DNA of 64,000 bases from Acidobacteriota bacterium (GTDB lineage Bacteria > Acidobacteriota > Terriglobia > Bryobacterales > Bryobacteraceae): assembly GCA_025354885.1 (NCBI GenBank), contig JANXLY010000172.1:14564-78563 (forward strand), written 5' to 3'. The notes under the pieces are model-generated. The model did no database searches. It was not told the origin of the DNA and worked only from the letters and a program-made list of their open reading frames with translations. Numbering within the stretch: position 1 is the stretch's first letter; every line of letters begins with the position of its first letter. Position numbers and translations under genes: made by a program. Below, in pieces: positions 48,683-58,020 of the stretch.

Positions 48683-49581
48683 ATCTTGCGTAGCGCAAAG
48701 TAGCGGTTGATCTGTTCGTCGAGACTCGGGAACGGGATGATGCCGGTGCGGTTGAGGCGGGCGTTCTCGAGAGCAGAGAATTTTGGTCGACGGGCGGGAG
48801 TGCGGTATTCGCGCTCTGTCGTCGGTTTCAGCTCAGGGCTGAGGCCGGCTTTGGCGAAGATTTTCACAGCATAGTCAAACCAGGAGATGGGCTGGCCACC
48901 GCCTGCGTGGAAAATGCCGGATTCGCCGCGCTCTACAAGATCAGCCGTGACGCGAGCAAGCTCTGGAGCAAAGGTTGGCGATGCTACATGATCGTTGACA
49001 ATTCGCAGAGGCCCGCCTTTGGTGCCGAGACGGAGCATCGATTCGATGAAGTTGCCACCAGCAGTGCGAACGCCAGCCGGGCCAAAGACACCGGAAGTAC
49101 GGAGGACCAGGGCCGAGTCGCAATAGGCCTGGGCATAGAACTCACCCGCTAATTTGGATACGCCATAGGCGCTGATGGGGCGGACCTGATCGTCTTCGCG
49201 GTAGGGTCGGCCAGCAGTGCCGTCGAAGACATAGTCAGTAGAGAAATGGACGAGGCGGGCGTCGAGCTGACGGCAGGCAAGAGCGAGATTGCGCACGGCA
49301 AGGCCATTCACCAAATAGGCAACCTGAGGTTCGTTTTCTGCGATGTCGACTTTGTTGTAGGCGGCGGAATTCAGGACCACATCAATGTCGAGGGAGGCGA
49401 GTTTAGCCTCGAGCTGGGTGGAGTCTGTGATGTCAACATCGCGGCGTCCAAAACTGTGGACTGTGTGGCCTCGCTCTGTGAAGACCTTTACGAGTTCAAA
49501 GCCGAGCTGGCCGGCTGCTCCGAAGATTGCTACTTTGCAGCTCGCTGCTTTCGAGATCGCTGCATGACTGGTTGTAGGCAT
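48679..49581 (-). CDS. rfbD: dTDP-4-dehydrorhamnose reductase
   Basis: GAAGQLG, STDYVFDG, YGVSKLAGE, PARRP. Confidence 0.95.
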   Translation of the reverse strand: MPTTSHAAISKAASCKVAIFGAAGQLGFELVKVFTERGHTVHSFGRRDVDITDSTQLEAKLASLDIDVVLNSAAYNKVDIAENEPQVAYLVNGLAVRNLALACRQLDARLVHFSTDYVFDGTAGRPYREDDQVRPISAYGVSKLAGEFYAQAYCDSALVLRTSGVFGPAGVRTAGGNFIESMLRLGTKGGPLRIVNDHVASPTFAPELARVTADLVERGESGIFHAGGGQPISWFDYAVKIFAKAGLSPELKPTTEREYRTPARRPKFSALENARLNRTGIIPFPSLDEQINRYFALRKI

Positions 49582-49624
49582 AGGCAAGAAAGCAGGATAA
49601 CAGCAGCGGGATGACAAGGCGAGC

Positions 49625-49900
49625 TTAAGGCTTGAACTCAACGCTGATTTCGAGGAGATTTTTTTCTTCACCCGGATGAGGGACGGGGCGGCAATTGAGC
49701 ACCCGGCCTTTCGCGCAATCACGCTGCGCATGGTCCCCTTCGGCTGGACCGGCCCATTCCACAATCACCCCGACAGGGATCGGTTCTGAGGCTTCAAAGA
49801 CGGCAACGTTGCCGTCAAGCTCCCGGAGTGATACCTGGATGGACTTGCCGTTGTCGCTGAAGACATGAAGCGTTCGTTGTTTGGCAAGCAGAAAAGTCAT
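49625..49900 (-). CDS. Small hypothetical protein with a PilZ-like beta pattern
   Basis: 91 aa; EPIPVGVIV...KGRVLNCR...ISVEF. Confidence 0.55.
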   Translation of the reverse strand: MTFLLAKQRTLHVFSDNGKSIQVSLRELDGNVAVFEASEPIPVGVIVEWAGPAEGDHAQRDCAKGRVLNCRPVPHPGEEKNLLEISVEFKP

Positions 49901-49907
49901 ACAAGCC

Positions 49908-49935
49908 TTATCGGATAGCTGGAAGCAATTTTCAG
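49908..49935 (-). promoter_or_regulatory. Putative sigma28-type promoter, CTGAA-N15-TCCGATAA
   Basis: Exact 15-nt spacer; ends 7 nt before ATG 49900. Confidence 0.45.
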
Positions 49936-49944
49936 TAAATTGAA

Positions 49945-50334
49945 TTATTTCCAGGTAAAGAGAAGCCAGAAGCCAACGCCTACGGCCCCGGGAAGGAGCA
50001 GTTCTGCCCATTGACGCCATCCCCAAGAACGCAAAGACATGGGCTGAACCGTAGCAGGCTCCAAGCCAAGTGAGCTGGAGCGAAATTCACCGGGCTTTTG
50101 CTTGAGGTAGTCGGAGCGAAGCCGACCCTTAAGCGGGCTGGGTTCTCCGTTGAGGATCTTTCGTATTTCGGCACGGCCACCGCGATCAGCAATGAGAATC
50201 GTCGCGCTATTCATGCCACGAGTGGAATCAACGAGATGTTTACGGAGGGCATCGGGGATGTCTTCGGGAGTGCGGAAGACTTGGGTCTTCTCGCCCATGG
50301 AGATGTAAACGGTAGTGCGCTTGATGGTGGTCAA
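49945..50334 (-). CDS. Hypothetical protein with C-terminal TM helix
   Basis: 4-bp overlap with the LysR gene; hydrophobic C-terminus. Confidence 0.75.
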   Translation of the reverse strand: MTTIKRTTVYISMGEKTQVFRTPEDIPDALRKHLVDSTRGMNSATILIADRGGRAEIRKILNGEPSPLKGRLRSDYLKQKPGEFRSSSLGLEPATVQPMSLRSWGWRQWAELLLPGAVGVGFWLLFTWK

Positions 50335-51251
50335 TCGCCAGCTCCTGCGAGACCGAGGGGTCGAAGATTCTCGCCAGCCTGATCGAGGGTGACCTGAATG
50401 AAACCTAGAGCAGCACGGCTTAGCGCCTTGTCCTTGCGATACACCAGGGCCAGTCGGCGGATCATAGGTTCCGGACCTAGAGAGAGTGTCACGAGCTTGC
50501 CGGCTTCGACTTCTTCGCGGCAGTGTGAGGCAGCAAGAAAACTAATGCCGAGACCAGCCATGACGAAGCGCTTGATCATTTCGGTGGAGTCGAGTTCCAT
50601 GGAGACTTGTAACTGCTCTTCGACCGGTTCGAGCCAGGAGTTTAGCTTCGCGCGAGTCGTTCCCGCTTTGGGAAGAAGTAGCTGGAAAGGCGCAATGTCG
50701 GAGGCGAGAATCTGGCGCTTGCCCGAGAGCGGGTGATCCTTCGGTACGATCAGACGGATCTCATCGGAGTGGATCTTGACGATCTGGCACTTCTTGTCAT
50801 CGACGGGAAGCTGGGTGATGCCAAAATCAGCGAGGTTATCCTGTACGGCCTGGAGAACACGAGAACCGTAGCTTCGATCGACATGGAGCTGTACGTTTGG
50901 AAACTGTTTTTTGTATTCGCTAAATACATCGGGAAGCACGTAAATGCAGGTGGCTTCGTTGGCAGCGATGATGATTTCACCGCGAGGGACGCGCTCGAGT
51001 TCTTGAATAGATTCCTGGGCGCGTCGGCGAAGATCAAGAATTTGTTCGGAATATTCGGCAAAAATACGGCCTGCAGGAGTGAGAGCGATGCGCGTGCCAA
51101 GACGCTCGAAAAGATTTGCGTTCAGTTCCTGTTCGAGCTGACGCACTTGCGCACTGATGGCCGGCTGCGTACGGAAACAGGTGAGCGCGGCCTTAGAGAA
51201 ACTCTTTAGCCGGACGATCTCCAGAAACGTGTGCAATTGATCGAGATCCAT
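50331..51251 (-). CDS. LysR family transcriptional regulator
   Basis: SFSKAA...TQPAISAQVRQLEQEL..LFER. Confidence 0.96.
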   Translation of the reverse strand: MDLDQLHTFLEIVRLKSFSKAALTCFRTQPAISAQVRQLEQELNANLFERLGTRIALTPAGRIFAEYSEQILDLRRRAQESIQELERVPRGEIIIAANEATCIYVLPDVFSEYKKQFPNVQLHVDRSYGSRVLQAVQDNLADFGITQLPVDDKKCQIVKIHSDEIRLIVPKDHPLSGKRQILASDIAPFQLLLPKAGTTRAKLNSWLEPVEEQLQVSMELDSTEMIKRFVMAGLGISFLAASHCREEVEAGKLVTLSLGPEPMIRRLALVYRKDKALSRAALGFIQVTLDQAGENLRPLGLAGAGD

Positions 51252-51294
51252 AGTGTTCCGGGGGAGCTAAGCTTGCAGGACGTGCATTAGCAGT

Positions 51295-51309
51295 ATAGCA
51301 TTTAGTTAT
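51295..51309. promoter_or_regulatory. Possible LTTR box (T-N11-A dyad, ATAG-N7-TTAT)
   Basis: Lies in the LysR/cytochrome divergent spacer and overlaps the TAGCAT -10. Confidence 0.4.
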
Positions 51310-51715
51310 GAACCTCATCAGCATGGGCATAGCAGGACTAATGGTACTCAGTCTCAGCGCCCAGGACAAAGCCAAAATCGAGTTCGGACGGTATCTGGTG
51401 GAGGAAGTTGGAAAATGCCAGGAATGTCACACGCCGAAGCTGGAGAGCGGTGAGTTGGACCGCACGAAATGGCTGGAAGGGGCAGTGTTGGATTTTGCAC
51501 CAATGAAGCCGGTCCCGGGCTGGCATACGACCTCTCCCGGTTTGACGCCGGATGGCAGATTGTGGGATCGCTGGAAGGAAGAAGGAATCCGGAATTTTCT
51601 CATTACCGGACTGAATCCAAAGGGCGGCAAGGCGGATGCACCGATGCCGACTTACAAGATGAAAGCGTCTGATGTCGACGCGATTCTGGCTTATCTCAAG
51701 AGCCTGAAGAAGTAA
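51308..51715 (+). CDS. Mono-heme cytochrome c
   Basis: Signal peptide, GRYLV..CQECHTP, PMP..AILAYLKSL. Confidence 0.9.
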   Translation: MNLISMGIAGLMVLSLSAQDKAKIEFGRYLVEEVGKCQECHTPKLESGELDRTKWLEGAVLDFAPMKPVPGWHTTSPGLTPDGRLWDRWKEEGIRNFLITGLNPKGGKADAPMPTYKMKASDVDAILAYLKSLKK

Positions 51716-52819
51716 TTGCGCTTGCTGTACCTGAGCGCTTTGCTGGTTTTCGCTGCCGCGATCAGCCTCGCTGGCGATGCGGCCAACGTGACGCTCGTGG
51801 TAAATGATCGATCACCTGTATCCCGGCGGTTGGCAGATTTTTATTCCAACTGGCATCGGCTCGCCCCGAAGCAGCTTTGTCACATTTCGACGATCGAAGA
51901 CGAGAGCATATACCGGCCGCAATTTGACAAAGAGATTGCAGGGCCGCTGAAGGATTGTCTGCGGCAGAACGGAAGGGTAGAAAGCACTTACTATGTGGTA
52001 CTGACGCAGGGCATGCCGATCCGGGTGAATGCGGAAAAGGTCGGGGCTTGGCCGGTGACAGACGGGGCGAGCGTGGACAGTGAGGTTGCATTGCTGTATC
52101 TCGAACTGCATGGAGCAAAAATCAAGCGCGATGGCCCCCTCGACAATCCGTTCTACCGTAGGAAGGAATTAGTGTTTTCTCATCCCGCCGTTCCTCTTTA
52201 CCTCGTGACGCGTTTGGCGGGCTACAGTTTTGAAGACGCAAAGCACTCCGTGGAGCGCTGTCGCGGGGCAAAAAATATTGGAAAAATTGTGCTCGACCTC
52301 AAGGCGGACAATGACGAAGATGGGAATAACTGGCTCAGGGATGCTGGAATCCTTTTGCCCGAAGACCGAGTGCTGATCGATGTAACGCCGAAAGTGTTGA
52401 GTGGAGTAAAGGATGTCGTCGGATACGCCAGTTGGGGGTCGAATGACCGCGCCAGAAAGAGCCGTAACAGCGGCATGACCTGGTTGCCGGGAGCGATTGC
52501 GACCGAGTTTGTCTCAAGCAATGGCAGAACATTGAAGATGCCACCCTACAACTGGACGCTGGGGAGCTGGTCTGATTCCAAGTCGCATTTCGCGGGTAGC
52601 CCGCAATCTATGATGTTGGACTACGTCTGGGAGGGAGTGAGCGGTGTATCGGGGAATGTCGATGAGCCGTATCTTTCTTTGACGGTTCGACCGGACCAGT
52701 TGTTTGCCGCTTATTTGAGCGGGAGGAATCTGGCGGAGAGTTTCTACATCGCGCTGCCGGGATTGTCATGGCAAAGTATCATCATTGGAGATCCATTATG
52801 CAAACTCGAATCGCGCTAG
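51716..52819 (+). CDS. TIGR03790 family protein
   Basis: ASVDSE, YLVTRLAG, GNVDEPYL, GRNLAES, IGDPL. Confidence 0.85.
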   Translation: MRLLYLSALLVFAAAISLAGDAANVTLVVNDRSPVSRRLADFYSNWHRLAPKQLCHISTIEDESIYRPQFDKEIAGPLKDCLRQNGRVESTYYVVLTQGMPIRVNAEKVGAWPVTDGASVDSEVALLYLELHGAKIKRDGPLDNPFYRRKELVFSHPAVPLYLVTRLAGYSFEDAKHSVERCRGAKNIGKIVLDLKADNDEDGNNWLRDAGILLPEDRVLIDVTPKVLSGVKDVVGYASWGSNDRARKSRNSGMTWLPGAIATEFVSSNGRTLKMPPYNWTLGSWSDSKSHFAGSPQSMMLDYVWEGVSGVSGNVDEPYLSLTVRPDQLFAAYLSGRNLAESFYIALPGLSWQSIIIGDPLCKLESR

Positions 52820-53295
52820 CCGAAGACAGGGATCTGCTCGTTGAGATGGGACGGCGGACCTTCTTTGAAACATTTGTGGACACCTGTTCGGAAGCAGATA
52901 TGGACTTGTTTCTCAAGCAGTCGTATGCTCCAGAAAAGCTTGCAACGGAACTCGCGGCTTCCCGTTCTTACTTTCTGATTCTCGAAGATGAATTGGGGGC
53001 GATGGGCTACAGCAGGCTATTCGAAGAGACGGAAGCAGTGGAGGGTTCGGTAGAGTTGGTACGTTTTTATATGGAGCAGCGGGCGATCGGGATGGGAGCT
53101 GCGCATCGCCTGATGGAGCGCTGTGTGGAGCTTGCGCGGGAGCTTGGATACCGTCGCATGGATCTCGGTGTGTGGGAGAAGAATTTCAGGGCGCAGAAGT
53201 TCTACGCAAAATGGGGTTTCAAAAAGACCGGAGAAAAAATCTTTATGGTGGGAGACGATGCGCAAGTGGACTGGCAATACTCCCGGGAGTTATAA
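52798..53295 (+). CDS. GNAT N-acetyltransferase (PaiA-like)
   Basis: TFFETF, GMGAAHRLM, LGVWEKNFRAQKFY. Confidence 0.9.
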   Translation: MQTRIALAEDRDLLVEMGRRTFFETFVDTCSEADMDLFLKQSYAPEKLATELAASRSYFLILEDELGAMGYSRLFEETEAVEGSVELVRFYMEQRAIGMGAAHRLMERCVELARELGYRRMDLGVWEKNFRAQKFYAKWGFKKTGEKIFMVGDDAQVDWQYSREL

Positions 53296-54075
53296 GAGGC
53301 TGACGAATTCGGCAAGTACCGCGTAGCGATCCTGGTCGGGGTCGAGTTGGAGGACGGGGAATTCCGGGTTCAGCGGGGAGAGCTGGATTTGCTGGTGGGA
53401 CCAGCCTGCATCCTTGTTAACATCGCTGGACTTTTTCGAGTGATATACCTTGAGGGTGTAGCGGGTTTGAGCTTCGGCACGATCTTCGACAAGCACGCGT
53501 TTGCCATTGCGTGAACCAGCACCAAATTTGCGAAAGACACACAAAGAACCAGAAGGCACTAGCGGTTCCATGCTGCGGCCATAAACCTCACACACAAACA
53601 TGTCTTTGTTGAGGCGCAAGCCTTCAGGTGCTGCGACCCATTCCTCGATGGAGTTGGGATCGGCAATCTGTTCTCCAAAGGGACCGGCTGCAGAACGCAG
53701 AGCATAGCGGGGAAGGTGCGTGACGAACGGTTCGACTGGTGTGGCGATATGCGTCTGGATGTGTTCGCGATAAAGCTGGTGGAGGGTGAAGTCGATCGTG
53801 GAGGATTGGACCTCGCGACGTTCGCTCAAAGTGAGGATATTCGAAAGAGTGGATTCGAGCCATTCGAGGGCACTGGATGCACCCATTTCGAGGCTGAGCT
53901 GTTTCAGGTGTGCTTCGAGGCCAGAGAGAATCTCGGCATCGTCCTCGGAAACAAGCGCATGCCAGTCGCGACGTAGCTTGACCGCCAGACGTTCTCCGTG
54001 CTGATCGTAGACCAGAACTCCTGCCGGCTCTTCCGGTCTTCCGGGGAGGGAGAGAGTGAGGAGGGAGAAGGTCAT
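53290..54075 (-). CDS. DUF3037-like domain fused to S24/LexA-type peptidase
   Basis: SAAGPFG cleavage-site motif, GRSMEP catalytic Ser, YTLK catalytic Lys; N-domain AGVLVYD...RRDW...LSNIL. Confidence 0.75.
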   Translation of the reverse strand: MTFSLLTLSLPGRPEEPAGVLVYDQHGERLAVKLRRDWHALVSEDDAEILSGLEAHLKQLSLEMGASSALEWLESTLSNILTLSERREVQSSTIDFTLHQLYREHIQTHIATPVEPFVTHLPRYALRSAAGPFGEQIADPNSIEEWVAAPEGLRLNKDMFVCEVYGRSMEPLVPSGSLCVFRKFGAGSRNGKRVLVEDRAEAQTRYTLKVYHSKKSSDVNKDAGWSHQQIQLSPLNPEFPVLQLDPDQDRYAVLAEFVSLL

Positions 54076-54138
54076 GGGAATCTTATCGGTTCAAAAGAAG
54101 AAGTTTCGGGTTGTCTTTCGGGAGACTCATGAGGTTGG

Positions 54139-55173
54139 TTATGGATTCGCAGGGTAATAGCCGGTGCGAAAGCGAATCTTGAGGCCGGGAATTCCAGGAA
54201 CCTCAACGCGGATCTTACGGAAAGCTTTGCGGTCATCGGTCGATTCCGGAACATAACGAATGATGTACTGGGTGGTGATTTCGCCTTGAATCGCGGCAAC
54301 GGCATTGAACATACCCTTTGCGAGTTCAGCGGCGTATCCACCTGTACCGACCTTCAGGGCATAGTTGCCTTCATCAGAGGGAGTAGAGAGATAACCTGAG
54401 ATGTCCTTGTACAAGCCTTCGAGCGGAAAGACAACGCGGCCACCGGTTTCTTCGGCGAGGCGCAACAGATTTTTCTCACCTTCAGCCTTGAAGCCGAATG
54501 CGACAGTGCTCATACCGAAGATGGTGACGAGGTTGCGCTGGGCAAGTTCCAGAACCTGGTCGAGGCCTTTTTTCGAAGCAGAATCATGGCCGTCGCCGAT
54601 GATGATAATGATTCGACGCGGTTCGATCGGTTCTCCGCGAACGAGCTTGCGGTTGGTACAGGCGAGATAGAGGGCGTCGTAAAGCGCAGCGCCGCCGCCG
54701 GGCTTGACCTTGCGGATCTTCTCCTGGATCTTGTCTGGAGAGCTGGTGGTATCAACGCTGACTTCAGCGTTGGTCGAATAGGTAATGAGGTAGCCGGAGA
54801 ATTTTTTGGGGCCTTCTTGTGGCAGAAGGGCAAGGACGAGCTCTTCGGTCGCTTCGGCAAAGGTCTTCCAGTGGAGGCGGTTGAGGTTGCTCATGTCAAG
54901 CAGAAAGCCAACGACTACTGGTTGTTCGCGCTCTGCGTTGAAGTAAGAAATCTTCTGTTCTTTGTTTTCGTCGTAAACCTTGAAGTCGGCTTGTTTAAGA
55001 TCGCTGACGAACTTGCCCTTATCGTCGGTGACGGTAATGGGGATGATGACCTCGTTAACGGAGATCGATAAATTGGGAGTTTTAGTCGCCTGGGCGGCCT
55101 CTAAAGAGGTAGAAAAAGGAGCGCCGTTTAGCAACGCCGGTCCCACGAGCATAAAGTGACGGCGTGAAGTCAT
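54139..55173 (-). CDS. VWA domain protein (acidobacterial VWFA-related)
   Basis: LLDMSN, ALYDA, IGDGHD, ETGG; RR N-terminus. Confidence 0.88.
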   Translation of the reverse strand: MTSRRHFMLVGPALLNGAPFSTSLEAAQATKTPNLSISVNEVIIPITVTDDKGKFVSDLKQADFKVYDENKEQKISYFNAEREQPVVVGFLLDMSNLNRLHWKTFAEATEELVLALLPQEGPKKFSGYLITYSTNAEVSVDTTSSPDKIQEKIRKVKPGGGAALYDALYLACTNRKLVRGEPIEPRRIIIIIGDGHDSASKKGLDQVLELAQRNLVTIFGMSTVAFGFKAEGEKNLLRLAEETGGRVVFPLEGLYKDISGYLSTPSDEGNYALKVGTGGYAAELAKGMFNAVAAIQGEITTQYIIRYVPESTDDRKAFRKIRVEVPGIPGLKIRFRTGYYPANP

Positions 55174-55244
55174 ATCGTTTGAAACAACTTCTATTGTAAC
55201 GGCGCTCCGGAAAAAAGGTTTCCCTTTTCAAGCTTGAGCAAAAA

Positions 55245-56276
55245 CTAGCGTTGGACGCGGCCGGAGCCGCCGCCCTGAACTAGGCCTTCGACTTCATCGC
55301 GGGTAAAGCGGTTGAAGTCACCGGGAATAGAGTGTTTGAGGCAACTGGCGGCTACGGCGAACTCAAGAGCCGCTTGGGGCGTATCGAGTGCGAGCAGGCC
55401 AAAAATGAGGCCACCGGCGAAGCTGTCGCCGCCGCCGACACGGTCGACGATGTGGGTAATGTCGTAACGCTTCGAGACGAGGAAGTGGTTTCGGTCGTTG
55501 AAGCAGGCGGCCCAACCGTTATGCGATGCGCTGAAAGACTCGCGAAGAGTAATGGCGATCGACTTGACGTTCGGGTAGGTGCGAAGTACTTTAGCGCTTA
55601 GTTTTTCATAAGCGGAGTGGTCAAGTTTGGCGGAATGAACGTCGGCTTCGCTTTCAATGCCGAGCGCCATCTGGCAATCTTCTTCGTTGGCGATGATGAC
55701 GTCGGTGTGCTCCACCAGCAGAGGCATGACTTCGGCGGCCTTCTTGCCGTATTTCCAAAGGTTCTTGCGGAAGTTTAGATCCAGGCTGACGGTAAGGCCT
55801 GCGGCTTTGGCAGCTTTTACGCTTTCAATCGAGAGCTCAGCGGCATTTGGGCTGATAGCTGGAGTGATACCGGTAATGTGAAACCAGCCCGCGCCTTCGA
55901 AGAGCTTGGCAAAATCGACAGAACCGGGTTTGGCGACTGCGATGGCTGAGCCTTCACGGTCGTAAACAACTTTCGAGGCACGCTGATTGGCACCGGGTTC
56001 AACATAATAGATCCCGAAGCGTCCTGGGCCGCGGACAACACCGGACACATCCACGCCGAAGCGCCGCATCTCGCCGAGAAACGAATCGCTGATCGGATTC
56101 TTGTCGGGGAGCACCGTAGCGTAGCGCGCAGGCCAGCCAAAGCTAGAGACGCTGACAGCGACATTCGCTTCTCCACCACCGAACGTGGCGACGAACTGGG
56201 GGGACTGAAGGAATCTTTCCATACCTGGCGGGGCCAGGCGGAGCATAATCTCACCAAAGGTGACAACAGGCTTCAT
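55245..56276 (-). CDS. kdgK: PfkB sugar kinase (2-keto-3-deoxygluconate kinase-like)
   Basis: [34 protein letters not shown]. Confidence 0.88.
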   Translation of the reverse strand: MKPVVTFGEIMLRLAPPGMERFLQSPQFVATFGGGEANVAVSVSSFGWPARYATVLPDKNPISDSFLGEMRRFGVDVSGVVRGPGRFGIYYVEPGANQRASKVVYDREGSAIAVAKPGSVDFAKLFEGAGWFHITGITPAISPNAAELSIESVKAAKAAGLTVSLDLNFRKNLWKYGKKAAEVMPLLVEHTDVIIANEEDCQMALGIESEADVHSAKLDHSAYEKLSAKVLRTYPNVKSIAITLRESFSASHNGWAACFNDRNHFLVSKRYDITHIVDRVGGGDSFAGGLIFGLLALDTPQAALEFAVAASCLKHSIPGDFNRFTRDEVEGLVQGGGSGRVQR

Positions 56277-56298
56277 AGTTGGCAGCAAACTTCTCAGT

Positions 56299-56664
56299 TT
56301 AACCCAGAAGCATCCAGCACACGAAGGCAGCGAGAGTAATGACTTCGGCAATCATGAGAACGTTGCGAATCGAGACAAAGCGCTGCCAGGAGGAGCGGGC
56401 GGGGTGGATGGGGAAAAGTTGATTGTGCTGTGCAAGGGCGGAGGCCCAAGCGGGTGGTGTGAGAAAAGAGAAGAGGTAAGGATACGAGAGCCGATTGGGA
56501 TCGTAACCTTTGGGCAGGTAAGCGGCAATTTCACCTCGAACGCGGCGGAAAGCAATGCGCTCGCGCAAAAGAGTCAAGCCAACACCAGTGTTAGCGGCGA
56601 GCAAAAACATCATCCAAATTAAAACAGTTTGAGTGCGATCCAAAAGAAAACTCCCTATTATCAT
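56299..56664 (-). CDS. Hypothetical membrane protein
   Basis: Two hydrophobic segments; fills the gap; start uncertain. Confidence 0.55.
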   Translation of the reverse strand: MIIGSFLLDRTQTVLIWMMFLLAANTGVGLTLLRERIAFRRVRGEIAAYLPKGYDPNRLSYPYLFSFLTPPAWASALAQHNQLFPIHPARSSWQRFVSIRNVLMIAEVITLAAFVCWMLLG

Positions 56665-56667
56665 CTT

Positions 56668-58020
56668 ATGGAAGAACCTGTTAACTCTGGAGCGGCACCC
56701 GTCATTGCTGAAGACAGAATCAGTTCTGTAGATGTATTGCGGGGCTTTGCGCTACTGGGCATTCTGTTGATGAACATCCAGAACTTCGGCTTGCCTGGGG
56801 AGGCTTATGGCAATCCGGCGGCCTGGGCTGGAGCGACTGGTTGGAACCTTTACTACTGGGTAGCGAACCAGATTTTGTTTGAAGGCAAGATGCGCTTTCT
56901 GTTCTCGATGTTGTTTGGTGCTGGTGCCGTGCTGCTGACGGAAAGAGCGGAGCGGCGGGGAGCAGGGATTGCAACAGCGGATGTGTACTTGCGGCGCAAC
57001 TTATGGCTTGTGTTGTTTGGCATGCTCCATGGTTACTTCATCTGGGAAGGCGACATTCTGTATTCGTACGGGATGGCAGGACTTGGTTTGTTTGTGTTTC
57101 GGGTGTTGCCAGCGAAGAAACTTCTGATCGCCTCTGGCGTTGTGTTCCTGCTGATCAACCTCAGCACGGCCGGCTTCATTTATTCACAATTCGAGCAGCG
57201 GACGGATGCGATGGCGGCACTGAAGGTAGAGGAAAAGAACCGGACAAAGGGACAAAAGAAGTCGGTGGAGGCATACCAGGAAAGACTCGACGGCGAAGAC
57301 ATCGTAAAACGCAAAGTCAAAATTGAGGAACAGATCGGCAAGGTGCGAGGTGGTTATTTGCAGAACCTGAAAGAGCGTGCGCCGCACACTTTTGGCATAG
57401 AGACGGTGGCGATGATGAAATTTTTGCTGTGGGATGTCCTCTTCCCGATGCTGCTGGGCATGGCTCTTTATAAAAGTGGTGTCTTATCGGCGGAGAAGAG
57501 TGTTGGCTTTTATGCGCGCCTTGCTGCTGGCGGTTACCTGCTGGGGATCCCGCTACTTGCTTACCAGACGAAGTTGGTTGTCGATTCACACTGGGATCCC
57601 TGGGTTGGACCCTGGCTATTTTCGAGCTATGAGTATGGGCGACTGGCAGTGGGCATGGGGCATCTGGGACTGTTGCTGCTCATTTACAAACTGAGATGGT
57701 TGCGGCCTGTGACCTTTCTACTATCAAAAGTAGGGCAGATGGCGTTGACGAATTATCTATTGACGAGTGTGCTGATGACGCTCTTTTTCAACGGCTATGG
57801 GCTGGGGAAGTTTGGCGCGCTCGAACGGCATCAGCTTTTATATGTGGTGTTCTCGATGTGGTCGATTAACCTGATATTGAGTCCGTTGTGGCTGCGGTAT
57901 TTCCGCTTTGGCCCGGTGGAATGGGCATGGAGGTCCTTGTCATATTGGAAGAAACAACCGATGCGGTTAGCGAGCGTAACAAGTGGAGAGCCCTCGCAGG
58001 CTTTGCCGTTGGAGGCTTAG
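56668..58020 (+). CDS. DUF418 (YeiB-like) membrane protein
   Basis: DVLRGFALLGILLMNI, LFSMLFG, GQMALTNY, GPVEWAWR. Confidence 0.93.
   Translation: MEEPVNSGAAPVIAEDRISSVDVLRGFALLGILLMNIQNFGLPGEAYGNPAAWAGATGWNLYYWVANQILFEGKMRFLFSMLFGAGAVLLTERAERRGAGIATADVYLRRNLWLVLFGMLHGYFIWEGDILYSYGMAGLGLFVFRVLPAKKLLIASGVVFLLINLSTAGFIYSQFEQRTDAMAALKVEEKNRTKGQKKSVEAYQERLDGEDIVKRKVKIEEQIGKVRGGYLQNLKERAPHTFGIETVAMMKFLLWDVLFPMLLGMALYKSGVLSAEKSVGFYARLAAGGYLLGIPLLAYQTKLVVDSHWDPWVGPWLFSSYEYGRLAVGMGHLGLLLLIYKLRWLRPVTFLLSKVGQMALTNYLLTSVLMTLFFNGYGLGKFGALERHQLLYVVFSMWSINLILSPLWLRYFRFGPVEWAWRSLSYWKKQPMRLASVTSGEPSQALPLEA

Noticed and set aside
54078-54092. GAATC-ttatc-GGTTC imperfect palindrome as a possible SOS box
   Set aside because: It does not match a LexA box I can justify and occurs once
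55209-55237. A/T-rich imperfect hairpin downstream of the sugar kinase
   Set aside because: Stem too weak to call a terminator
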